Shown here piece after piece: positions 49,496-62,868 of a stretch of 64,000 nt of DNA (the stretch's first letter is position 1; each line of letters starts with the position of its first letter). Origin of the DNA: Phoronis australis (Eukaryota > Animalia > Phoronida); the NCBI GenBank assembly GCA_002633005.1, contig NMRA01000031.1, positions 1 through 64,000 on the forward strand, given 5' to 3'. The notes beneath the pieces were generated by a model. It ran no database searches, was not told where the DNA came from, and saw only the letters and a program-made list of their open reading frames with translations. A program made the position numbers and the translations under genes.

Positions 49496-52400
49496 CAAAG
49501 GGAACTGTATTTCTGGTTACAGACTTCGTGCTTTATACAGCAAACCGATATCAGCCTTGTTGGATGTATAGGTTTAAATCGGTATACAAACGCATTCACA
49601 CACGTTGATTTTTCAACAAAAACAAATTTCATATTCAAAACAGTGTTTTTCTCACCAAAATTGCATTAAACTGCATAATTATGTGCTTTATTCTTACTGC
49701 CTGGCAATCACTGACCGACTACGGTGTATCCAATACTTGTCATGAATCCCTTAAAGGTCTACTCGAAAATCATGACGTGAAAAACTGACTTCAAATTTCA
49801 ATTATTGACCAGTTTTGATTGGATAATAATTTAATTCAAGTTAAGACGTGAAAAGGTTTACAGTAATTATTGATTGGACCATTGTCTGAGAATAAAAACC
49901 CGCGATTAAGACATCGAGAACGCAAGCTGCCAAATGATGGCTCTTATATAGCGGGGGGGAATGCAATTTAAACTCCAATTTATTAGCTGTGGGAAACTAT
50001 TCAAGTGTTAGAACCGTAACGCAGTCATTTCTTTGTTTCGCTTTATACAAGTTTAACTCCCTGTTAAACACACTTACGTGTAGCACAGCCGTTATTCAAT
50101 TGTTCCTGAATGAGCTTCACTTCCGACTTGGCGGTGTAGTGTCTGCTGATTCCATGAGATCGTGCCAAGTGCCTATTTTTATAGATTTTCCTCGTACTGA
50201 TTTAGATAGGATTACTTCGTAGATATGTACTGATCCGATCATCCGAAAGGATGGCTTCATTGTGACATGTTCAGCACTATACTCGTGCCACCACTATAGG
50301 TACGTGTTCTGCAACCTGGAGTTTACGTATTCTCACTGACTTCCTGAATGAATTTTGGACTCTTGGTCAATTTTTTAAAGCGGTCAACAATTATCAAGAT
50401 TATCCGGCGATTCAAGAACAAAGGCAATGAGCACATGATTGACTGATACACTGTCTATGATAAAGCGAATTGCAAGTTCACATTATTAAAACAATTAAGT
50501 TCATCGATAACGTGGACTTAAGTTAAAACTGTACCCATTAACTTTAGGGGATAAGACGGACCCTGAACCAGTACCGTTGTAGGACTTGGGTCATTCGTCA
50601 ACTTGAATAATTATCTCTATGGTCGCCGTGTAGGCTGCTACTGAACATAACGGTTTTGTAGCTATACACACTGAATGAGTGTTGAAAAGTACTGGACATG
50701 ACAGCGTTTTCCCGTTCAGGGACTTTACCAGACGTAGAGGGTTCTGAGCGTGTGATAACATCTAGCTTCTTTGTTAACTGCCAAGCATACTCTTTTGTCT
50801 GTTATGACAACAAGCAAGCCAATTATCTACCAGGCTTTTTACAGACCGTGTGAGAACACAGTCAAACTCAGAGTGAATACTAATTAGGAATTAGAATAGA
50901 TTGTCGTAACTTCGGTTGCAGTTGGGCGATTTTGGCGATTCAAAAACTAAACATGATCAACATTTGCCAAAGATTTCAGAAATACTATTGTTTTATGTTC
51001 ATATACGTTATAAATTAACTTTTATTTTTAACAGCACAACTCAATCAGTGTAGATACGATCTTAGAGATTAGAGCAATTATCGAACAAAGGAGAGCTGGC
51101 CCTCCAACCATAAATGCCAGAATGGAGTTAAAGCCCTCGTAAGCAGTCGTGTAAGATAATAGCTACAGGGGTAAACTTCTTAACTTGTTGTTGGGCTATA
51201 GAATTGAACAAGTTAATTGGGAGCAACGGGAAAACGCCGTAATGGTTAGACTGCTGAGGACGCCTACCCCAATGCCTTGGCGCATGTTCTTGTAACAGCA
51301 TACAGGTTTTGGATGGCAACGCCGAGCAATCATGAGTCGGAGCCGGGTCTGGGGATTTTGAGAACGAGTTTGATGCCCGATGTTCACGAGGGAGAAACTG
51401 GTTCTCAAAATGCTGAGTCTACGTAAGTGTCGATTAGGCCTAACCCTACACCTTGAGCGACACTAAGCATATCAAGGGATCCCGGATTTCGAGAAACAAT
51501 TTGATGTCCGTTATTCAACGGAGAAAATGATTCTCTTAACATTTAGCATCAACGTATCCGTACACTGTGACTCAAACACTACCTAGTAATCGAGGTTTTT
51601 GCTCTTGGAGATTTGAAATGTTCACCGACGGTCTATTCTTAATTAGGTTCAACTGAACCAGGAAATCAGAATTCAGTGAATGTCCCCTTTTCCACTTTCG
51701 ACTCACAAGCTGACATTATCAGTTACCCTAAAAGGGGTGAATTGTTATCCTATAATTTTGGATCTTGCGCGACTTCAACTGTTTTAGAGGTAGGCCTAAG
51801 TGCTTCCACGAGCCCGTAAATATTCATAACTTACTCCTAAATAATCAAATTGCCGTAATGAGCAGAAGTGCGTGTAATTCGTTTGAGTTTGGATATTTCT
51901 ACGTATAGGTAACAAGGGGCCACAAGTTTCGCCGTCAGTTTCGTACACCAATGAAGCTGAAAATATATAAAAAAACTAAGTTGCCGGGATTTCAAAAACA
52001 AATAATGGGCTAGTAAACCTGTGACTGCGGCGATTTACTAAAATGATACACAAAACGACTTGTACATAATTAATAATTGGTTTGGGTTGTCCGAATGTCC
52101 AAAGATGGCGATTCAATTTCAACCATTAATAGATGCGTTGATGGTGAAATTTTATTTTGATTCATCAATCACGTATTAAAAATATATCTGACACAATGCA
52201 GTATTTTTTCAAGTCATTCCGTTAGGTAATTGCCGGCGGGGGAAAATCTCTTTTCTTCGTTCTTCTTCTATAAAGATTCTAATATACTCCTTATTCTTAA
52301 GCCGCTGAAACATACGAAAGTGATGAATTTCACGATATATGATTTGTTTCTAAGATGTTTTCAAGTTCGCCGAAAACAGGCCGTCGCCGCAGACCGGGCT

Positions 52401-52515
52401 TTGACCTCGCTTACTGGTACAGGAATGCAGCGACATCTGTGGATGGGATAAGCATTGAATTTACTTTCAGCCAATCATAAGCGTTGTTTAATCGTCGGAA
52501 GCGGGAAACCCGAAA

Positions 52516-52690
52516 ATGGCGGATTTTTACGATAGGCGAGTTTCGGTAGCTTGCTTATCAAATATCGTCGATTTACAAAAGTCTTGTCAAGCGTTGAATG
52601 TAAAATTGTCAGGGGAGACTAAGCAATACATGCTTTACCTCACACTGAAAAAACTAGGACCTCTACTAGCACAGAAATTAATAAACAATC
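52516..52690 (+). CDS. SUV39H: SUV39H-like histone H3K9 methyltransferase, coding exon 1
   Basis: MADFYDRRVSVACLSNIVDLQKSCQALNVKL resembles the SUV39H1/2 N-terminal C..S...LQ.LC motif. AAAATGGCG start context, CCAAT at ~52472, GTAAGT donor in phase 1 matching the next exon. Confidence 0.75.
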
Positions 52691-54827
52691 GTAAGTAATT
52701 GCTTGAATTTTTAAAATTAAAGCTTCCGAGTTCAAACTCGGACATTCCGCGGAAAAATTCGGGGTATAGAAACTCGTCATGAGACAGATGTGGTATGAAA
52801 CAAAAGTTCATCTGTTCCATCTTTTCTTAACCCATATCTAGTCGTCATATCTGACTTGTGTGCTGTCTCTGCGTTTAGTATAGTAATTTAAGGCCTGGCC
52901 TATTACTCGTCTACACTCTGCGGGTTCTTCGGCCTGGCTGTGAAGAGGTCTGGAGTTTGAGAGTGGGCTGGAACAAGGTGAATTTTCTACTACGCTTGCA
53001 CCCACTATGAGCATTGCTAGGCTTGCACTAGACTTTTAAAGGTATTACTAGCCAAAATGGCTAAACCATCTGAAAACTGCCATTTTCAAAAATTAGCTAA
53101 ATACATTAATACAGTTACACGGACTAAGTAACTGTTTCGCACAGATCATAATGTACGGTAAGACGTTTGCCTTTAGAAAAAAAACAAATGACAAACATAC
53201 CAAGGTCACATAGCAAAAACATTGGCAAGTGTTGACCTTTAAAAAATTGTGCAGGGGTTCCTCTATCACCCGGGTTACGGTGGAGGATCGACGGCCACTA
53301 GCCTTGCGGCGCGAAGTTGTATACTAAACACACAGCGTTGTGCCGTTGAGAGTAGAAAACTGATCAGATAAAATCTGACCCAAAATTAGTGTCATTAAAA
53401 ACTACACTCTTCCTTGAGTAAGCTAAATTATTTACCGGTGTTGGAAAATTGGAGTTCTATGCAGCTAAAATTGTGGTGCGATCTTTTGGGTAGGCTTTCA
53501 GTGCCGTGAAATATTGTGTCACCTATTGTTGATCTAAAATTGGGCAAGGATTCCCCCCATCTGCGGGTTTAGGCGTGTGCGCTTTCCACGTGGACATCCC
53601 TGTGTGTGCCTTCCACGTGGGCATTTTGATGTAACAAGACATTTAAGTCCAAAAACGTTAACATAATTTGTAGCTTGCAAAATAAAGCTAAATCATGAAT
53701 ATAAAATTCGTTAAGTAACAAATTGACATTTACTTGAGCTTGCTTTCTTTCGAACACCACCGAAGTAACTTTTATTTGTCGTTTTGACAATTGTCACTTG
53801 TAGACTATAAGCAGCAACAACTACCTGAGAAGTCGCCATTGCCAAGAGTGCTGACACCTCCCCCTCCCCCCATAGACTGTTGAACATTTTGTTGCTGTAA
53901 AACAGTGATTTCAGGCGGAGACATGAAATGGAAGATTGACTTGCTATTTTTGGGTCTCGGAATCTAAATAAGAATGTCGTTTGCTGCGCTGTGACTCGGT
54001 TCGAGCTGAATGTGAGTTGACAGGCAAATAGGTTGCCCGAAATTAATTTTTATTGTCCTGTTGGGAAATCATTCGCCAAGTGGGCGAATGGACTTAGCTC
54101 TACCATCGCCATTGGCACTCAAGAGTTCACCAATGGGGAGCGGCTAGCGCGAGCCTATTATTGTGACCTCTTTTATGCAAGAGTGGTGAATCTGCCATAA
54201 GTGTAGCAGTATCACCTTTGTGTGGGCAATTGACCTTTCGCAAGCTCCGCCCCTTTGCGTAATGTCGAGTAACAAACAATAAGTTTTACCCGGCAACGTG
54301 TTGTTTGTCGGGTAAAATGGCGGCTTGGAAACGAAGGTGTGTCAATAATGCTGCGTTCTAAATGGTCAGTTAAGCCTTCACTCAAAATCCTGGCGATAGG
54401 TCAATTGCACTTTGCCATATCAGTTAATACTCAGCTAGAATAAATTACATAGTCAGGACAATTGATAAATTGACGACCTGCGGGTGACCTCAGATTTTGT
54501 ATGGTGACCTTTGATAAATATCCCATATTGCCACAAAGTCGCAGTCGATCAAAGAACTGCAGGAAGTAAAGAGATAGAGATGGTGGATGTATGGCCAATC
54601 CTGAGTCAGTGACCCTAGCGCACGTGCACTGCGTAGACAATTTCTTGTGATCATGTGCTTTTGGTTAATTGAAGCTGAATAAGGGTGAAATGTTTGCCTG
54701 AACGTCCCAACAGCCGCCTTTCATCTTGAGGGTGTCCAGTTCATCCAAGTGAGCAGTCTGGCGCAATTTTAGACACCCTAGTAGCTAGGACGCACCTTCC
54801 AGAATTTTGTGAGGATAATTTTGTGTA

Positions 54828-56665
54828 TTTTTATTTGCCCACATATTTATATGTGGGTGCATATTGCCGTCATCTCTGTCTGGGCGTCCGGCGTCCGCGG
54901 CTGTATCTCCTAAACCCCTTACAGGATCTTATTGAAATTTGGCAGGTGTGTTCCTATGGGGTTGACAACAGAGGGCGTCGAGTTTCGGTCCAACCCGAAT
55001 ACTGCTGTGCCCTCTGGTGGCAATTTTAGTTTTTACGTTTGCCTCTGTGTCTCAGGGCTTGGAATTTTCTACGGAAACGCGGATTTCTGTCCGCGCATTT
55101 TATTATATTTCCGCGTAAAAAAATCGGATTTGATATAAAATTTCCGCGGCAAATTCCTTTCTTACCGTGGCATTGCCGACGACGTTCACCTCGAAAAGCG
55201 GAAGTTGCTCTTTATGTTTCGGAGGAACGTAAATTGTCAACATTGCCTGGGCATCTGGGATAGCGTGGGGGGATTTTCAATGGCGTCTCGTTTGATTGTA
55301 AACCGCGGTGACAAATACTATGGGTCTGCAGCCAAAAATGTGTGGGGGTGAGAGTGGAGGAGTGGATGGACAAGATAAAAAGACGCAGACGCATGCTACT
55401 GATGGTGGTAACGTTTTTTTTTAGTCCTACCGACTTTTGTCGGCGAAAGGTTCACATAGACTATTTCAAGGCTGGGTAGCGCGCATGTTTTAGGCCGTAA
55501 AAGTTTCCGCAGTTTTTGTCATTGGTCATTCCAAGCCCTGGTATCTTCAAAGGTCCTCAACCGATTTTCATGAAATTCGGCACATAGGCATCTATTAATG
55601 AGGTGACACTATCCTTTCGTTTTCGGATGGATTCGAGGTATTTTGAGCCACCTAGTGGCCATTTTTACTGTTTTCGAATCTTGTTTTCTGGCGTCCATCC
55701 TTCCATCAACCAAACCGCTCAAAGGATGATTGCGAAAATTGTCATGTATGTTCTTACTATGAAGTGGACGGCTGACGATGGTTTTCCGACGACTTCAACT
55801 ACTGTGGCGCCTATGGCTGTATCTCCTAAACCATTTGCAGGATCTTTACTGAATTTAGTAAGTGCATTTATATGATGTTAATAACGCAGGATGATGACTT
55901 TAGGACAGATTTGACTACTGGTGTGCCACCTAGTGGCAATTTTATTTTTTTACGTTTACCTCTCTATCTTAAATGGTCCTCAATGTATTTTCATAAAATT
56001 TGGCATACGGGTGACTTCATCTCTCCATTTTTAGATGGATTTGACCTAGTTTGCGCCACCTAGTGGCCATTTTTACTGTTTATGAGTCTGTTTTTGACGT
56101 CCACTCGTCTATCAACCAAACCGCTTTCAGGATAATTGTGAAAATTGGCATGTATGTTTTAACTATGACGTGGACGGCTGACGATTTTCCTAAACCGTTT
56201 GCAGGATCTTTACTTGATTTAGCAAGTGTATTTATATGATGTTGACAACGAACAACGATGACTTTCGGACGGATCTGAACACTTGTGTGCCCCCTAGTGG
56301 CAATTTTAGTTTACCTCTGAAGAGATGACGCTTTACTCCTGTTTTTGGGTGGAATCTAGGTATTTTGCGCCACCTAGTGGCCATTTTTGCTGTTTTCAAA
56401 GCATGGTCAACCAAATCCTTCTAGGGATGGTTTTGAAAATTGAAATGTTCTCAGTGTGAAGAGGACGTTCGATGATGGCGACTGACTATTGTGGCGCCTC
56501 ATAGTGATAGCTCTGTTTAGTTTTGCATCCATAGCTGTATTTGGATGGATTGTACGTTTTTGCGCCATCTAGTGACCATTTTTATGATAAAATAAATAAC
56601 CCTAAAAGCACACCATTTGCGATGCATTCGTGGGCCCATTTCAATGCTCCGCGTTGCTCTTTTCT
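54828..56665 (+). mobile_element. Helentron-associated (HINE/DINE-1-like) element with internal tandem repeats
   Basis: T-rich start, GCCCACATATTTATATGTGGGT hairpin, GTCCG motifs, repeated ATCTCCTAAACC / GAAATT(T)GGCA / CCACCTAGTGGC units, T-rich end. Boundaries approximate. Confidence 0.55.
55053..55540. mobile_element. MITE nested in the HINE-like repeat
   Basis: TIR CAGGGCTTGGAAT ... ATTCCAAGCCCTG; flanks GTGTCT/GTATCT resemble an imperfect TSD. Confidence 0.75.
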
Positions 56666-56792
56666 TATAGGGGAATAGTGTTGACATTCAGCCTCAGAGG
56701 TTCGTGTAACTTGATGTGCGTCCGTGATTTAAAAAAATATTTGGAAAGAAAACTGAATGTGCCATGTTGACATAGACCATCTTTATTTACAG

Positions 56793-56866
56793 TTGCCAAG
56801 CGAGGTGAGATTGAGTGGGAGGATGACTTTGAAGTGGATGCCATCTTGGATCACTGCGTGGAAGAG
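56793..56866 (+). CDS. SUV39H: SUV39H-like exon 2 (chromodomain start: DDFEVDAILDHCVEE)
   Basis: TTTACAG acceptor, GTGAG donor; phase 1 to 0. Confidence 0.82.
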
Positions 56867-58507
56867 GTGAGAAATGTTGAACATTTTACAGCAAACTTTG
56901 CCATTAATTGGTTTTTGCGCTTTACAGAATTCTTCACCCAGTTGTTACATTATGCCATGGACAAGTGAATATTCGTCAAATTTCCCAAAAAATGAATATT
57001 AAAATTTCGATCGATCCCGTGGCTAGGTAGGTGTTATAGGTACAACATTTCTGTTATTGAACAAGGATTTTTACAATGCGCGAAATGAGTGAGGAATTTT
57101 ACTATATCTTGTGATCAAGGTTTTCTAAAGTTTGCAGAAAAAATGACTTATGTAGGCGTGCAGCTTGTTGTGTGAGTTAGAAAAATTCTAGTATGTCCTG
57201 CATCTTTCTCTGGAAATGGTTTGTTCAGGATTTCAAAAAGGGCGTCCGAAATGGGTTTCTCAGCTTCTCTGGATGTCCACAACAATTAACGAGCGACAGT
57301 GACCCAACGTCAACTTACTGTTGTAATGTGGCATGTTACTGTCGAGACATGGTTCTGCAATAAAATTGTTAGTATTTTGCATCTCATTTCTAAGTCAATT
57401 ATTTTATCCTGAACAAGCCAATAAGCTGCTAACAAGTTAAAAAAGGCAGCCATGCATACTTGCTTACTTTATCTGGGTGTGCAAATGCTGGACAGGTCAT
57501 CCTAACTGGGGTGTCTAAATTTGAATGGACCCCTGGACACCCTCTAGATGAAGTCTTGAGAGTGAATCCATGGTGCAGCTCAGTAATACCTAGGAAGCGC
57601 CATACAGTAACAATTCTTCAGTTTGGGACGCAATGTAGGGACAGGTTAAATTACATTTTGTATAGTCGTATTTGATGACCAGGAAAAAATCTAAGGTCCC
57701 CAATTAAAATCTGAGGTCACCAAAATTGAAAATCTCTGGCGCAGATGAATCGTGGGGTTTCCTATTCGGCGCACACTTTCGTGGACTGGAAAAAATGTAC
57801 GGCTGTAACGGCACCCATTCTTATTTCGCTTCTCGAATTTCCCCCGTAAATTCTCTAACTCAATTATTCCTCCTACTGAGGAACAACCATAGGACGCAGA
57901 TGACCGCATGAGCAAGTGGTGCAAATTTTGCCGATCTTGCCTGATTTTTGCCGAGTAATTCCTACTTCTGTTTGTTTACTTCCTCTTGTAATTTAAACGT
58001 GGCAAATGTGCTGAATTCACAAAATAAACGGAAAAAGTTTGAATCAGAGGTAACAAATCTAGGAAAACTGTTGGTAATTCAAAGTTTGGAAGTCATGAAC
58101 CTGGACACTGATTTAGAGGGAATTATTGTCTGACTTCTATACTCGCAGTAGCGACCTCGTGGCGACTTGGAATTTTTCCTAAGTCTTTAAACACAATCTC
58201 AGATCGCATTGGCGACCTACAGGCCGCCAAATCGAGTGCTGATACTAAGTGTTCACAACAAAATGTCAAGAACGTTGTTACAGCTCTTTGAAATATTTCG
58301 TTTTCGTAATGATTAACTGCATTTTGGAAAACAGAGCTTAAAGTGTATTCACCGTTTGTGAGTTTGGTATGAATCCTATTGACCATGTCTGTGATATGGT
58401 GTTCTGATTTCTTAGATTTTATTATTAGCTCATGGCTAGTGTTTGTAATGTTACAAATTTAACTATTCAACAATATAGTATTCGATTGTGTATTCATTTG
58501 TTTGCAG

Positions 58508-58819
58508 GGGAAAGATTTCTACTACATTAAATGGAAGGGTTGGAGTTCAAAGTTCAACACTTGGGAGCCAGTTGAGAACCTGAACTGTCCTGACCTTGTT
58601 CAAGACTACCATGACTTGGTCACACAAGATGGCCTAGCCAAGCGGCGTCACGCATACGACAATGATGACGCGGATGAACGTGAGTGCAAACGCCAGCGAC
58701 TGGATCATCTTTTTGACAAGCTCTCGCGGTCACCGTATAAAAACAAGATCTCACCACTACGGCTCTTGCAGACCTCGCAGTCGGAAGCGATGAAAAAACT
58801 GGCCAATCCGGCCAACAAG
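58508..58819 (+). CDS. SUV39H: SUV39H-like exon 3 (chromodomain core and linker)
   Basis: YYIKWKGWSSKFNTWEPVENLNCPDLV chromodomain; TTGCAG acceptor, GTGAT donor. No SET domain in this window. Confidence 0.85.
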
Positions 58820-59422
58820 GTGATTAACCGCATGGGTTTAGTTGCTTAAGTCGGGCCCAAAACCAAATGATGCTGTCAAATTTCCCTTGCAAAAACGTAG
58901 CTTTCCCATCAATGAATAACTATACCTGTGTATGAATTTTTAGAAATTGAACAATTGCTCTATATGTGTGTATTTAGGCAACTTTATACGGGATCATTGC
59001 ATTTTTGAAAGTGAAATTTATGTTTTGCACTTGTGTCTGAGCTTTGGAAGAACTAGCAGTCTGTTGATAATATCAACATTAATTGGTTTGTGTCAGTATT
59101 TGAGGTGATAAAACACATCAATGACAAACTCAAATGCTTATATAAATATATAAATCCAACCAGACTTAGAAATCTTTGCGAAACTCGGATATTCTAAATA
59201 CGAAGTACAGATTCAGTCCAGAGGTTACAGCACACAAAGGCACTACTTGGCGGCCAAACCACTCAATACTATGACCGCTGATTCTGTATGTAGTTCGACT
59301 CTCTGCCGATTGGCTAGAATCCACAGTATCAGTCGTGAAATAAGCCCACTGGCTTGTAATAGTTGATTTTTGAAATAGCCGCGCCATATTGAAAGTCATT
59401 ATTCTGCAAGATGGTGATCTGT

Positions 59423-59660
59423 GGCCCATTCCTACAAAACTGACTTAGCTAAGACAAATCTTAGTAAATTTTAAAATAAATGTTAAATCTGTCTCAAAAC
59501 CATTTCAAGAAAGAGATCTTAAGTTTGACTTTTGTGTTTGATATAAGTTTTGTCTTAATTTAGACTAACTTACTGAATGGGAAGTTTGAAAGTTTGGAAG
59601 TTAAGACATATTTTATACTCAAGTAAAAAATAAACTTAAGTCAGTTTCTTGGAACAGGCC
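59423..59660. mobile_element. AT-rich MITE (second copy at ~63480-63721)
   Basis: GGCCCATTCCTACAAAACTGACTTA ... TAAGTCAGTTTCTTGGAACAGGCC imperfect TIRs. Confidence 0.55.
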
Positions 59661-59689
59661 CCAGGTCTTTATTGGACTGGCATTTAGCN

Positions 59690-60159
59690 TCTGACGGCAG
59701 AAAATGCTTGCCACACATTCGGTAACCCTCCACTGCTTTGTACGTTGCGTGGACGGGTAGTGCTACGTTCTTCACATGAACGAGCTAGCCAAGTATGGCG
59801 AAGTGTGTCATCCTTCAGAAAGCGACGCAAGGTACCCAAAGCACGTGTGAGACGATAATGAGTACATCCCGGCACGCAGCAACAGCGTGGCATGTTGACT
59901 GACTTGTAAACAAAAGCAAACGACGACCGTACTGATCACAACCGAAGTAGAACAATGACTGACTCGACAGCCCTCATAGTCAGACTACAATGAAAAAAAA
60001 TTGGCGCGAAACTCTTGCCTCCCAAAACGTCACTTCCAGAGTAGAGGACGAGAAATTAATCAAATTATGAAAAGCTGTAATTAAGTAAAAAATGTGTCTG
60101 GGATAATCAACGAACATTATTTTTGCTAAAAGTGACATGAAAAAAGGTTGCCTTCGCCT
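59690..60159 (-). mobile_element. End of a second THAP-bearing Kolobok-like element, inserted at a TTAA site
   Basis: MPRCCCVPGC...LRRFLKDDTLRHTWLA THAP start. Terminus reads AGGCGAAGGCAACC on the minus strand and abuts TTAG, which corresponds to the empty TTAA site at 56159-56162. Confidence 0.7.
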
Positions 60160-60864
60160 TTAGCTATGACGTGGACGGCTGACAATTTTCCGACTTCGAC
60201 TATTGTGGCGCCTCCTGTTGGTAGTTTTTTGCGTTCTTGTCTGTATTTCCTAAACCGTTTGCAGGATCTTTACTTGATTTAGCAAGTGTATTTATATGAT
60301 GTTGACAACGAACAACGACGACTTTCGGGCGTATCTGACCACTCGTGTGCCCCATAGTGGCAACTTTAGTTTTTTACGTTCACCTCTGAAGAGATGACGC
60401 TTTACTCCTGTTTTCGGGTGGAATCTAGGTATTTTGCGCCACCTAGTGGCCATTTTTGCTGTTTTTAAACCCTGGTCAACCAAATCCTTCTAGGGATGGT
60501 TTTGAAAATTGAAATGTTCTCAGTGTGAAGAGGACGTTTGATGATGGCGACTGACTATTGTGGCACCTCATAGATATAGCTCTGTTTAGTTTTGCATCCA
60601 TAGCTGTATTTGGATGGATTGTATGTTTTTGCGCCATCTAGTGGCCATTTTTATGATACAAATAAATAACCCTAAAAGCACACCATTTGCGATGCATTCG
60701 TGGGCACATTTCAATGCTCCGCCTTGCTCTTGTTTTTTATAGGGGAATAGTGTTGACATTCAGCCTCAGAGGTTCGTGTAACTTGATGTGCGTCCGTGAT
60801 TTAAAAAAATATTTGGAAAGAAAACTGAATGTGCCATGTTGACATAGACCGTCTTTATTTACAG

Positions 60865-60938
60865 TTGCCAAGCGAGGTGAGATTGAGTGGGAAGATGACT
60901 TTGAAGTGGATGCCATCTTGGATCACTGCGTGGAAGAG
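60865..60938 (+). CDS. SUV39H: Duplicate SUV39H-like exon 2
   Basis: Same peptide and splice sites as 56793-56866 (one synonymous change). Confidence 0.75.
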
Positions 60939-62556
60939 GTGAGAAATGTTGAACATTTTACAGCAAACTTTGCCATTAATTGGTTTTTGTGCTTTACAGA
61001 ATTCTTCACCCAGTTGTCACATTCTGCCATGGACAAGTGAATATCCGTCAAATTTCCCAAAAAATGAATATAAAATTTCGATCCCATAGCTGGGTAAGTG
61101 TTATAGGAACAACATTTCCGTTATTGAACAACGATTTTTACAATGCGCAAAATGAGAGGAATTTCACTATATCTTGTGATCAAGGTTTTCTAAAGTTTGT
61201 AGAAAAAATGACTTACGTAGGCGTGCAGCTTGTTGTGTGGGATAGAAAAATTCTAGTATGTGCTGCATCTTTCTCTGGAAATGGTTCGTTCAGGATTTCA
61301 TAAAGGGCGTCCGAAATGGGTTTCTCAGCTTCTCTGGATGTCCACAACAATTAACGCGCGACAGTGACCCAACGTCAACTTACTGTTGTAATGTGATATG
61401 TTACTGTCAAGACATGGTTCTGCAATAATATTGTTAGTATTTTGCATCTCATTTCTAAACCAATTATTTTATCCTGGACAAGCTGCTAACAAGTCAAAAA
61501 AGGCAGCCATGCATACTTGCTTACTTTATATGGGTGTGCAAATGCTGGACAGGTCATCCTAACTGGGGTGTCTAAATTTGAATGGACCCCTGGACACCCT
61601 CCAGATGAAGTCTTGAGAGTGAATCCATGGTGCAGCTCAGTAATACCTAGGAAGCGCCATACTGTAACAATTCTTCAGTTTGGGACACAATGTAGGCACA
61701 GGTTAGATTACATTTTGCCTAGTCGTATTTGATGACCAGGAAAAAATCTAAGGTCCCCAAATAAAATCTGAGGTCAAGAAAATTGAAAATCTCTGGCGCA
61801 GATGAATCGTGGGGTTTCCTATTTGGCGCCCACTTCCGCGTTCCGGAAAAAATGTACGGCTGTAACGGCACCCATTCTCCTTTCGCTTCTCGAATTTTCC
61901 CCGTAAATTCTCTAACTCAATTATTCCTCCTGCTGACGAACAACCATAGGACGCAGATGACTGCATGAGCAGGTGGTGCAAGTTTTACCGATCTTGCCTG
62001 ATTTTTGCCGAACAGTTCCTACTTCTGTTTGTTTACTTCCTCTTGTAATTTAAACGTGGCAAATGCGCTGAATTCACAAAATAAACAGAAAAAATTTGAA
62101 TCAGAGGTAACAAATCTTGGAAAACTGTTGGTAATTTTGGAAGTCATCATGAACCTGGACACTGATTTAGAGGGAATTATTGTCTGACTTCAATACTCAC
62201 AGTAGCGACCTCGTGGTGACTTGGAATTTTTCTTTAAACACCATCTCAGATTGCATTGGCGACCTATAGGCCGCCAAATCGAGTGCTGATACTAAGTGTT
62301 CACAACAAAATCTCAAAAATGTTGTTACAGCTATACAGAAATATTTCGTTTTCGTAATGATTCCAAACTGCGTTTTGGAAAACAGCTTAAAGTGTATTCA
62401 CCGTTTGTGAGTTTGGTATGAATCCTATTGACCATGTTTGTGATGTGGCATTCTTATTTCTTAGATTGTATTATTAGCTCACGGCTAGTGTTTGTAATGT
62501 TACAAATTTAACTATTCAACAATATAGTATTCAATTCTGTATTCATTTGTTTGCAG

Positions 62557-62868
62557 GGGAAAGATTTCTACTACATTAAATGGAAGGGTTGGAGTTCAAA
62601 GTTCAACACTTGGGAGCCAGTTGAGAACCTGAACTGTCCTGACCTTGTTCAAGACTACCATGACTTGGTCACACAAGATGGCCTATCCAAGCGGCGTCAC
62701 GCATACGACAATGATGACGCGGATGAACGTGAGTGCAAACGCCAGCGACTGGACCATCTTTTTGACAAGCTCTCGCGGTCACCGTATAAAAACAAGATCT
62801 CACCACTACGGCTCTTGCAGACCTCGCAGTCGGAAGCGATGAAAAAACTGGCCAATCCGGCCAACAAG
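62557..62868 (+). CDS. SUV39H: Duplicate SUV39H-like exon 3 (chromodomain)
   Basis: Same as 58508-58819 except one A>S change (DGLAK vs DGLSK); splice sites intact. Confidence 0.8.

Noticed and set aside
58508-62868. Tandem double-chromodomain protein or HP1/Polycomb gene
   Set aside because: Exon phases forbid exon3-exon2' joining, the copies are separated by an N join, and the N-terminal exon resembles SUV39H rather than HP1/CBX.
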